A stretch of 64,000 nucleotides of DNA from Vulcanimicrobiota bacterium (GTDB lineage Bacteria > Vulcanimicrobiota > Vulcanimicrobiia > Vulcanimicrobiales > Vulcanimicrobiaceae), in assembly GCA_963715815.1 (NCBI GenBank), contig OY970278.1, positions 2,460,569 through 2,524,568 on the forward strand. Direction: 5' to 3'. The notes under the pieces were generated by a model. The model did no database searches and was not told the DNA's origin. It was given only the letters and a program-made list of their open reading frames with translations. The position numbers and the translations under genes are program-made. This document shows positions 53,767-61,749 of the stretch, piece by piece. The stretch's first letter is position 1. The number at the start of each line of letters is the position of its first letter.

Positions 53767-55027
53767 GAGCCGAACCAACACATACGAGATCGACGGGCGC
53801 AGCCCCGGTCGAATCGTCGAACCGGGTTCCGAACAAGAAGTCGCCGACGTACTTCGCGTGGCCGATGCAGCGGGTGACGCCGTCGTCCCGGTTGGGGGTG
53901 GAACGCTACTTGGAGTCGGCAATCCACCGCGCCACTATGAAATTGCGCTTTCGATGTTGCGACTCGACACCGTGCACGACTACGACTATCGCGATCTGAC
54001 AATCGGCGCCGGCGCAGGTATGACGGTCGCGCACCTTGCGCAGCTGCTTGCGAAGCATCGCCAGTTTGTGCCGCTCGACGTTCCGCGCCCGGCGAGCGCA
54101 ACGATCGGCGGAACGCTGGCTGCTGGTTGGCTCGGGCCGCGCCGCGCAACATACGGCCGGCCACGTGATTTGTTAATCGGAACGACGACTGCACTCGCAG
54201 ATGGAACGCTAGCCCACGCAGGCGGTATGGTCGTCAAGAACGTCAGCGGCTACGATCTCTCGCGTTTGTATGTATCATCGCTCGGAACCCTCGGCGTCAT
54301 CACGCGCGCAAATTTCAAAACGCTGCCGATGCCGGCGGCATTCCGCTTGACGATCGCGCGGCTTCCCGAAGGAACGCGCGCACGCGCCGCAGCCAACGTG
54401 CAAGCTCTCGACGTTGAGCCCAGCGCTGCGCTCTTGATCGACGGTTTTCGTGAAATCTTACCTTTTGAGCTGGGCATGGAAGGCGCAATTCTTCTCGCAT
54501 TCGAGGGTTCGGCCGCCGCTATCGAACGCGCGACGCGCAGCGTCCGTTCGGCGCTCGGCTCGGCCGGCGTTCCGGAGACACGCATCATCGACACCGGCGC
54601 GCACGAAACGTTCGCACGAACGCTCGATGCATACATCGCGAGCATTGCGGGGCGCTCGGTAACGTTGCGCGTGCTCGGTATGCCGGACGGCGCCCTCAAA
54701 CGCGAAGCTGCCGCACGCGAAGGTATCGCTCCGACAGCTGCGCTGCTCGATACGATCGTCGATCTGCGCTGCGGCGACGTGATCGCACGCGTATTCGTCG
54801 ATGGAAAGCTCGACGTGCTCGCCGTGCGCGGGACGCTTTCCGATGCGGTCGCGGCGTTACGCGCGAGACTCCCCGAAGCAACCGTGCTCGCGCGCGGACT
54901 TCCACTCGAAGGCGACATCGACGCGTGGGGAATGTTGCCGCCCGCGATCGATGTGATGCGCGATCTTAAGGTACGCTTTGACCCACGCGCAACGCTGGCG
55001 CCAGGCCGGTTTCTCGGCGGAATCTAA
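53753..55027 (+). CDS. FAD-binding GlcE paralogue
   Basis: GTG 53753 overlaps the 3' end of glcD2 by 14 nt. There is no canonical start after the glcD2 stop. Contains GGMVVKNVSGYDLSRL and ...RFDPRATLAPGRFLGGI. Confidence 0.75.
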   Translation: MPRAKSRTNTYEIDGRSPGRIVEPGSEQEVADVLRVADAAGDAVVPVGGGTLLGVGNPPRHYEIALSMLRLDTVHDYDYRDLTIGAGAGMTVAHLAQLLAKHRQFVPLDVPRPASATIGGTLAAGWLGPRRATYGRPRDLLIGTTTALADGTLAHAGGMVVKNVSGYDLSRLYVSSLGTLGVITRANFKTLPMPAAFRLTIARLPEGTRARAAANVQALDVEPSAALLIDGFREILPFELGMEGAILLAFEGSAAAIERATRSVRSALGSAGVPETRIIDTGAHETFARTLDAYIASIAGRSVTLRVLGMPDGALKREAAAREGIAPTAALLDTIVDLRCGDVIARVFVDGKLDVLAVRGTLSDAVAALRARLPEATVLARGLPLEGDIDAWGMLPPAIDVMRDLKVRFDPRATLAPGRFLGGI

Positions 55028-56204
55028 CCAGCGCAAACGCAACCGCCGAAACGAGCGGCACGAAACTCACAAGCGACAGCGCCGCGGCTGGTCCCTCGCG
55101 CGCCACGAGCACGCCGACTCCCGTCACGAGGGCGGACCCGATGCCGAACGCAACGCCGTTCATGAGGCCGAGCGCCATGCCGAGATTCTGCGGCAACATC
55201 GCTTGCACGAGCGCAACGCCCGGACCGGTATTTGCAGAAAGCAAGATGCTGCCGACTACGAGCAGCCCGAGTCCGAACGGACCGCCCAATACGAAGAATC
55301 CAAGCAGGCACGGCACCGCAGCAACGAGCGTCGCAATCGAAAGGAACAGCGCACCGAGACGATCGGCGAGCGTTCCGCCCGCGTACGTTCCAAGGACGCC
55401 GACGAGCAAGAACAGCGTGACGATCTGACCGGCCTCGACGAGCGAATGGCCTCGCGCGACCAGCAAGTTGGGCAAGAAAATCATGAACGACGAGTTGACG
55501 AGATTGCGCAGCGCGGTACTGATCACGAGCAGCGAGATGCCGAACGGATCGGCTTTGGGTACTTCCAGCGAGTGTGCGGCTTCGTGCCGCCGCTCCGCGC
55601 GCGGCCCGACTTTGCTCATCGCCCAAAAGAGTGCTGCGACCGCGAAAACGCCGGGAATCGCAAGCCACGCCGTGCCGCCGCGCCAATGTGCGAGCGCGAG
55701 AGCAGCAACAGCCGGACCAATTGAATATCCGATTTGTCCGCCGATCACGAAGATCGACATCCCCGTCGATTTGTGCGATCCGCTGAGCATCGACGAATAA
55801 CGTCCCGCTTCCGGATGCATCAGCGCCGAACCAAATCCGCCGAGAATAACGAGCCCGATAAGCAGCGCGGGCGAGCTGACTAGACCCGCAAGCGAAACAC
55901 CGAGCGTCGTCACGCCGACGGCCGCGGGTAAGAACCACCATCTTCCGTAGCGATCCGAATACGCGCCGAAGATCGGCTGCACGATCGAGCTCGTGAAGTA
56001 CCAGATGAAGCCGACGATGCCCTGAAATATCGGCGAGAGACCGTTGTTGCTCGCTACATAGTAGACGATCAGCGGGACGAATCCGGCGTAAAAGTCGCTG
56101 GTCCCATGACTGGCCGCAGTAACGAGCAGCCCGCGACGGTCCCAATCCCGCTTCTTCACGGGGCCGTTTTCGCTCACCGGCGAACCGAAGTCCCCCATGA
56201 GCAT
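54966..56204 (-). CDS. MFS transporter
   Basis: 412 aa with about 12 hydrophobic segments. The start is uncertain (ATG 56204 or 56198, GTG 56177). Confidence 0.8.
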   Translation of the reverse strand: MLMGDFGSPVSENGPVKKRDWDRRGLLVTAASHGTSDFYAGFVPLIVYYVASNNGLSPIFQGIVGFIWYFTSSIVQPIFGAYSDRYGRWWFLPAAVGVTTLGVSLAGLVSSPALLIGLVILGGFGSALMHPEAGRYSSMLSGSHKSTGMSIFVIGGQIGYSIGPAVAALALAHWRGGTAWLAIPGVFAVAALFWAMSKVGPRAERRHEAAHSLEVPKADPFGISLLVISTALRNLVNSSFMIFLPNLLVARGHSLVEAGQIVTLFLLVGVLGTYAGGTLADRLGALFLSIATLVAAVPCLLGFFVLGGPFGLGLLVVGSILLSANTGPGVALVQAMLPQNLGMALGLMNGVAFGIGSALVTGVGVLVAREGPAAALSLVSFVPLVSAVAFALVRFRRETGLAPALRVGQSVP

Positions 56205-57516
56205 CTACCGCAACCGCCGAGATGCGGTCGCCGAGAAGCTGGGCGAGGCGATTGCCATCGTCCCCGCTGCGATCCATCGCATTCGCAACAACGACGCCGA
56301 GTACGAATTCCGGCAAAACTCGGACTTCTATTACCTAACCGGCTTTACGGAACCCGAGGCCGTGCTGATCATCGCGCCCGGACACGAACAGCGCGACACG
56401 TTATTCTTGCGGCGGCGCGATCGCGAAATGGAGATCTGGACCGGGAAGCGGCTTGGCGTAGAAGATGCACCGGCCGCGCTCGAGGTCGACGCAGCATTCG
56501 GCATCGATGAGCTCGACGACAAGTTGGGTGCAATGCTCGTGGGTTGGGAACGGCTGGCGTATGGTTTCGGCCGTGACGAAGCCTTCGATCGCACGGTGCA
56601 CGCCGCCGTCGCCGAAGCGCGGCATGCTGTGCGGCGCGGCGGGAAAGCACCGCTCGAATTCTTAGAACCGGGAACGATCGTACACGAGATGCGTTTACGC
56701 AAATCGCCTGAGGAGCTCGAGGTGATGCGCAGCGCCGGCGCGATCACGCGGCTCGGACACATTGCGGGCATGCGCGCAACGCATCCCGGCATGTGGGAAT
56801 ACGAGCTCGAAGCCGTTATCGAATATGCGTACATGCGCAACGGCGCGCAATCTACTGCGTACACTTCGATCGTTGCCGGCGGTGCGAATGCGACGATCTT
56901 GCACTACAACACCAACCGCGAACAGCTGCGCGACGGAACGCTCGTTTTGATCGACTCCGCTGCGGAGCTCGACGTCTATGCCTCTGACGTGACACGCACG
57001 TGGCCTGTGAATGGACGCTTCACCGCCGAACAGCGCGCGATTTACGAGATCGTGCTCGCGGCCCAGAAAGCCGGCATTGAAGAGGTGCGTCCAGGGAAAA
57101 CGTTCCGCGCGTACCACGAGGCTGCCGTTCGCGTCCTGTGCGAAGGGCTGATCGACATTGGCTTGCTGTCCGGTTCGCTCGACGAGGTGGTAGAAAACGA
57201 ATCGTACCGCGATTTCTATCCGCACAATACAGGGCATTGGATCGGTCTGGACGTGCACGACGTCGGCCGCTATCGCAATCACGCCGACGAGTGGCGTAAG
57301 CTCGAGCCGGGCATGGTGATGACCGTCGAGCCGGGGCTCTACGTGCAAATGGACCTCAACGTCCCCGAACGCTTCAAAGGTATCGGCGTCCGGATCGAAG
57401 ACGACATCCTGTGCACCGCAAGCGGACCGGAAAATCTCACGCCGGCTATTCCAAAGGAAATCGACGAGGTCGAAGCGCTCGTCGGTACGGACGCAAAAGA
57501 GCTCGCCAGAAACTGA
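56197..57516 (+). CDS. pepP: Xaa-Pro aminopeptidase (M24B)
   Basis: 439 aa. Contains EYEFRQNSDFYYLTGFTEPEAV and metal ligands in HNTGHWIGLDVHD...VEPG. Confidence 0.9.
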   Translation: MSIYRNRRDAVAEKLGEAIAIVPAAIHRIRNNDAEYEFRQNSDFYYLTGFTEPEAVLIIAPGHEQRDTLFLRRRDREMEIWTGKRLGVEDAPAALEVDAAFGIDELDDKLGAMLVGWERLAYGFGRDEAFDRTVHAAVAEARHAVRRGGKAPLEFLEPGTIVHEMRLRKSPEELEVMRSAGAITRLGHIAGMRATHPGMWEYELEAVIEYAYMRNGAQSTAYTSIVAGGANATILHYNTNREQLRDGTLVLIDSAAELDVYASDVTRTWPVNGRFTAEQRAIYEIVLAAQKAGIEEVRPGKTFRAYHEAAVRVLCEGLIDIGLLSGSLDEVVENESYRDFYPHNTGHWIGLDVHDVGRYRNHADEWRKLEPGMVMTVEPGLYVQMDLNVPERFKGIGVRIEDDILCTASGPENLTPAIPKEIDEVEALVGTDAKELARN

Positions 57517-58361
57517 ACCTTCATATAACCGTTGCCGGCGGATCAGGTTTTGTCGGCCGGCACCTCGTCGATGCGTTGCGCGCACGCGGTGATGACGTCG
57601 TCGTCACTTCGCTGCGCAACCTCGACGCGGCTGCGCAGGCTTGCGCGCGCGCCGACGTCGTCGTCAACCTTGCGGGCGCACCGGTGGCACGACGCTGGAC
57701 GAACGCCCGGAGGTCCGAAATTCGGCGTTCGCGGGTCGAGCTGACGCGCGGATTGCTCGATCGGATTGCCAAATTTGAGAGAAAGCCTCTCGCGTACGTT
57801 TCAGCTTCGGCAGTCGGCTACTACGGCACGAGCTTCACCGAAACGTTCGTCGAGACGAGCTCACCGGGGTCGGATTTTCTTGCACGCGTGTGCCAGGATT
57901 GGGAACGCGAGGCCAACCGCGCAATCGAGCTTGGAATCCGCGTTGCGATCGTTCGAACCGGACTGGTCCTTGGACCCGACGGCGGCGCACTTCCGATGAT
58001 GCTGCCCGCGTTTCGCTTCGGCTTAGGTGGAAAGCTCGCGAGCGGTGCGCAGTGGATGTCGTGGATTCACATCGACGACTTGATCGACGCGTATCTCCAT
58101 GCAATCGACGGCACAGACGGCGCGATCAACGCAACAGCGCCGGAACCCGTCACCAATGCCGAGTTCACGCGCACGCTCGGCGATCTGTTGCATCGCCCGA
58201 CAATCTTTCCGGTCCCCGAAGGCGTCTTAAAGGCGGTCTTCGGTGAAGGCGCGATGATTCTAACGGAAGGGCAACGCGTTCAACCGGAACGCACGCTGGC
58301 AAGTGGATATCGTTTTCGTTATCCTGAGCTGGAAACGGCGCTACGTTCTCTCTTACGCTGA
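57513..58361 (+). CDS. SDR-family epimerase-like protein (YfcH / TIGR01777 type), probable CTG start
   Basis: (L)NLHITVAGGSGFVGRHLV is a normal N-terminus for this family. CTG 57513 overlaps the pepP TGA. The only canonical in-frame start (ATG 57411) would add 34 Arg/Lys-rich residues overlapping pepP. Confidence 0.7.
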   Translation: MNLHITVAGGSGFVGRHLVDALRARGDDVVVTSLRNLDAAAQACARADVVVNLAGAPVARRWTNARRSEIRRSRVELTRGLLDRIAKFERKPLAYVSASAVGYYGTSFTETFVETSSPGSDFLARVCQDWEREANRAIELGIRVAIVRTGLVLGPDGGALPMMLPAFRFGLGGKLASGAQWMSWIHIDDLIDAYLHAIDGTDGAINATAPEPVTNAEFTRTLGDLLHRPTIFPVPEGVLKAVFGEGAMILTEGQRVQPERTLASGYRFRYPELETALRSLLR

Positions 58362-59297
58362 GAGAGTTTGCTCCGCTTCGGATGACTCGAGCATTTCCAA
58401 GTAACGCTCGGCCTCCATCGAAGCTTTGCATCCCATTCCGGCCGCCGTAATTGCTTGCTTGTATCTGATATCGAAGACATCGCCGCCGACGAAAACACCT
58501 TCGACATTCGTGTGCACGCCGTCGTGCGAAACAATATAACCCGCCCGATCGAGGTCCAGCTGTCCGCGGAAAATCGCCGTATTCGGATCGTGCCCGATCG
58601 CGATGAACAAGGCGTCTGCCTCGATATCATAGCTTTTCTCGGTGATCAGGTTGCGCAAACGCAAACCAGTCATGACCGGATCGCCATGGACTTCTTCGAT
58701 GACGGTATTCCAGATGAAATCGACCTTCGCATGATTATGTGCGCGCTCGGCCATGATCTTGCTGGCGCGCAGCGTGTCGCGCCGGTGAATGACCGTCACC
58801 TGCGATCCAAAGCGCGTCAGAAACAGCGCTTCTTCCATGGCTGAATCGCCGCCGCCGCAAACAACGATCTTTTTCTCTTTGAAGAACGCACCGTCGCACG
58901 TTGCGCACGTCGAGACGCCGCGGCCGCGCAAACGCTCCTCGCCTGGAATCCCGAGCCAACGCGCGCTCGCGCCCGTCGCGACGATCAGCGCCTGCGAACG
59001 GAATTCGCCTTCGGATGTAAGCACCGTGAACGGGCGCGAACCGAGATCGACCGCCGTTACGTCGACGAATTCCAAGCGCGCACCGAAACGCTCGGCCTGC
59101 ATGCGAAAGCTTTCCATGAGCTCCGGACCCATAATGCCTTCCGGAAAGCCCGGATAGTTCTCGACCTCGGTCGTCAGCATCAGCTGGCCGCCGTAGAGTG
59201 CGCCGGCGAAAACAAGCGGCTGCAAGTTCGCACGCGCCGCATAAATCGCCGCCGTGAGCCCCGCCGGGCCAGACCCGATGATGATCAACTTCTCCAT
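58353..59297 (-). CDS. trxB: Thioredoxin reductase
   Basis: Begins MEKLIIIGSGPAGLTAAIYAARA. Redox centre CATCDG and NADPH site VCGGGDSAMEEA. Confidence 0.9.
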   Translation of the reverse strand: MEKLIIIGSGPAGLTAAIYAARANLQPLVFAGALYGGQLMLTTEVENYPGFPEGIMGPELMESFRMQAERFGARLEFVDVTAVDLGSRPFTVLTSEGEFRSQALIVATGASARWLGIPGEERLRGRGVSTCATCDGAFFKEKKIVVCGGGDSAMEEALFLTRFGSQVTVIHRRDTLRASKIMAERAHNHAKVDFIWNTVIEEVHGDPVMTGLRLRNLITEKSYDIEADALFIAIGHDPNTAIFRGQLDLDRAGYIVSHDGVHTNVEGVFVGGDVFDIRYKQAITAAGMGCKASMEAERYLEMLESSEAEQTLSA

Positions 59298-59298
59298 T

Positions 59299-59378
59299 TT
59301 AAAGGTGCTTCGCCCTGGGCTGCGCACCCCCCACGCGAAAGCGTGAGGCCCCCCAAAACACTCGGCCCATCACCATCT
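59299..59378. repeat. Copy B of the ~80-nt intergenic element (copy A at 25181-25258)
   Basis: Starts 2 nt from the trxB ATG. Contains helix ggtgc...gcacc and hairpin ccacgc-gaaa-gcgtg. Confidence 0.4.
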
Positions 59379-59461
59379 GAAACACCTCTCGATTTTCTCG
59401 CCGGCCTCGTAACAACACTGCCTCGGATGGGAAGGGGAGATGATTTGGTTGCGCCGACTAA

Positions 59462-60295
59462 TTGTTGATGCTCGAAGACGAATTTTCCGATATCGTTCGT
59501 AAGGCGAGCCGAGGCCTCGGGATCGACGTCGCGACGCTCGCGTCACGCACGGGGCTTGCGCAAACCGAACTGAAAGCCTGGATCGGCGGCGAGGGTGCGC
59601 CGACCGACAACCAAGCGCGCGAGATCGCGCGCATCCTGCGATTGGATCCCGGCAAGCTTGCTGACAGCGCTGCGCAACGCTGGGAGCCGCACGTCGAATC
59701 GCCTGAAGACGTTCGGCACCATCCGCAAAATCCGCATCCTTCGAACGGCTACATCTTCTTCCTTGAGGACGGGAAAACGGCTGCGCTGATCGATCCGGCC
59801 GGCGATCCCAACAATTTACGGCGGGCGATCGCAGAAGGCCCGTACGTGCTCCGCTACATTCTGATCACGCACAAACATCTCGATCATTGTGACGCAACTG
59901 CGGACGTCGCGAAGCAGTTCCCGGACGCGCAGATCGTGATGCACAAATACGACGTCAACGCGATCGGCGCGCTCGCGAGCAAAGCCATCCCGGTGCGCGA
60001 CGGCGAGCAGCTTCCATTCGGCGAGGCCGCTGCAATCCGCATGCTGCACACACCCGGACACACCGACGGCTCTTCGTGCTATTTGTTCAAATCAACGGTC
60101 TTTACGGGCGACACGCTCTTCGCAGGAAGCATTGGCGGGGCGTTCGGGGAGAACACCGGCTACCAAGACATCCTGCGAAGCGTGTCAACCAAGTTGTTCA
60201 AACTCGATGAAGAAACGGTTGTGATGCCAGGTCACGGCCCGCCGAGTACGATCGGGCTCGAGAAGCAACACAACCCGTTCTTCAACGGCTTCTAG
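59462..60295 (+). CDS. HTH (XRE-like) domain fused to an MBL-fold hydrolase (glyoxalase-II-like)
   Basis: The N-terminal ~70 aa are LGIDVATLASRTGLAQTELKAWIGGEGAPTDNQAREIARIL. MBL motifs follow: ILITHKHLDHC and HTPGHTDGS. The start is TTG 59462 or ATG 59468. Confidence 0.75.
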   Translation: MLMLEDEFSDIVRKASRGLGIDVATLASRTGLAQTELKAWIGGEGAPTDNQAREIARILRLDPGKLADSAAQRWEPHVESPEDVRHHPQNPHPSNGYIFFLEDGKTAALIDPAGDPNNLRRAIAEGPYVLRYILITHKHLDHCDATADVAKQFPDAQIVMHKYDVNAIGALASKAIPVRDGEQLPFGEAAAIRMLHTPGHTDGSSCYLFKSTVFTGDTLFAGSIGGAFGENTGYQDILRSVSTKLFKLDEETVVMPGHGPPSTIGLEKQHNPFFNGF

Positions 60296-60300
60296 ACGAC

Positions 60301-61296
60301 GTGAAGCCGCAAATCGGGATCGGCGTCGGCGATCGCAACGGTATCGGTCCGGAGATCACGGCGCGTTTATTGGCCGAGCCGCAGATATTCGAGCAAGCCG
60401 AGATTACGGTTTTCGGCGATTCCAAAGTCCTCGATTTCGGAAAACAAGTAAGCGGCGCCGCATTCGCGGGCCTGTTCCGAAGGGTCGAGCTGACCACCGC
60501 CAAGGACGAGCCTTTTGGCACCGGTAAGGTCAGCGCGCTCGCGGGCGCCGAGACGCTCGATCAACTTGCAACGATGCTCGCTGCAGCGCAGCGCGGCGAG
60601 ATTGACGGCATCGTGTTCGCGCCGCTCAACAAGAATGCGATGCGCCTTGGCGGATTGCGGGAAGGCGACGAGCTCGATTTCATCATCGAGCGTCTGGGGT
60701 TTTCGGGGAACTGCGGTGAGCTCAACGTACTCGGCGATTTGTGGACGTCGCGCGTAACCTCACACGTCGCCTTGCGCGACGTCGGCGAATTGATTACGCA
60801 AGAGCGCGTGTACACTGCGATTCTTCTCGCGAACGATACGCTGCGCGCGGCAGGCGTTGATGTACCGCGCCTGGCGGTCGCCGGTTTGAATCCCCATGCC
60901 GGCGATGGCGGGACGTACGGTGACGAGGAGATTCGCGAGATCGCGCCCGCGATCGCACGCGCTAAAAGCGAAAGCATCAACGCAAGCGGACCGTTTCCGG
61001 CCGACACCGTTTTCGTCGCCGCTATGCGCGGCGATTACGATGCGGTCGTCACCATGTATCACGATCAAGGCCAGATCGCGATGAAGCTCCTCAAGTTCGG
61101 AAGCGGTGTGACCGTACTCGCGGGCTTGCCCGTCCCGATAACGACAGTCGGACACGGGACGGCATACGATATCGCCGGCAAGGGGATAGCGCGCCCCGAC
61201 GGGCTGCGCGAAGCCTTTAAAATCTGCTGCAGTATGGCGGTAGGGATCGTCTGCTCGTCCGACAATAGTCGGCTCACTACTCGCTTGAGGGGGTAA
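60301..61296 (+). CDS. pdxA: PdxA-family 4-hydroxythreonine-4-phosphate dehydrogenase-like protein
   Basis: 331 aa. Contains GDRNGIGPEI, GLNPHAGDGG and MYHDQG. Confidence 0.8.
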   Translation: MKPQIGIGVGDRNGIGPEITARLLAEPQIFEQAEITVFGDSKVLDFGKQVSGAAFAGLFRRVELTTAKDEPFGTGKVSALAGAETLDQLATMLAAAQRGEIDGIVFAPLNKNAMRLGGLREGDELDFIIERLGFSGNCGELNVLGDLWTSRVTSHVALRDVGELITQERVYTAILLANDTLRAAGVDVPRLAVAGLNPHAGDGGTYGDEEIREIAPAIARAKSESINASGPFPADTVFVAAMRGDYDAVVTMYHDQGQIAMKLLKFGSGVTVLAGLPVPITTVGHGTAYDIAGKGIARPDGLREAFKICCSMAVGIVCSSDNSRLTTRLRG

Positions 61297-61298
61297 GC

Positions 61299-61745
61299 AT
61301 GCCGAAGAAAACGGTCTTTTCGCTCGCGATTCTCGTGTTCACCATGACTGCGACCGCTGCGTACGCGCAGTATGGAATGCCGTCACCGACTCCGCTATCG
61401 GTTGCGACGCCGAGCGCAATCACGCGCACGGTGCTGCAGACCGCGAGTTTTCCCGGTGACCAGTACCAAACGATCCAGGCGTATGTCGTGATCGCACCAG
61501 GCGCTACGGCCGCCGCGCATACACATCCGGGCGTCGAGCTTGGCTACGTGATCGATGGCGAAGCGGACCTCTTCGTCCAAGGTCAACCCAAGCGCCACGT
61601 CAAGGCGGGCGATTCGTTCATGAATCCGGCCGGTGTCCCGCACGGCGCAATCAATACGAGTGCGACGCGTCCGCTCAAGATCGTATCAGTCTACGTTGTC
61701 GACAAATCGAAGCCGCTCGCGACGCCCGCAACGGCATTCTTCTAA
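61299..61745 (+). CDS. Secreted cupin-domain protein
   Basis: Signal peptide LAILVFTMTATAAYA. Cupin motifs HTHPGVELGYVIDGE and PAGVPHGAIN. Confidence 0.75.
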   Translation: MPKKTVFSLAILVFTMTATAAYAQYGMPSPTPLSVATPSAITRTVLQTASFPGDQYQTIQAYVVIAPGATAAAHTHPGVELGYVIDGEADLFVQGQPKRHVKAGDSFMNPAGVPHGAINTSATRPLKIVSVYVVDKSKPLATPATAFF

Positions 61746-61749
61746 GATA

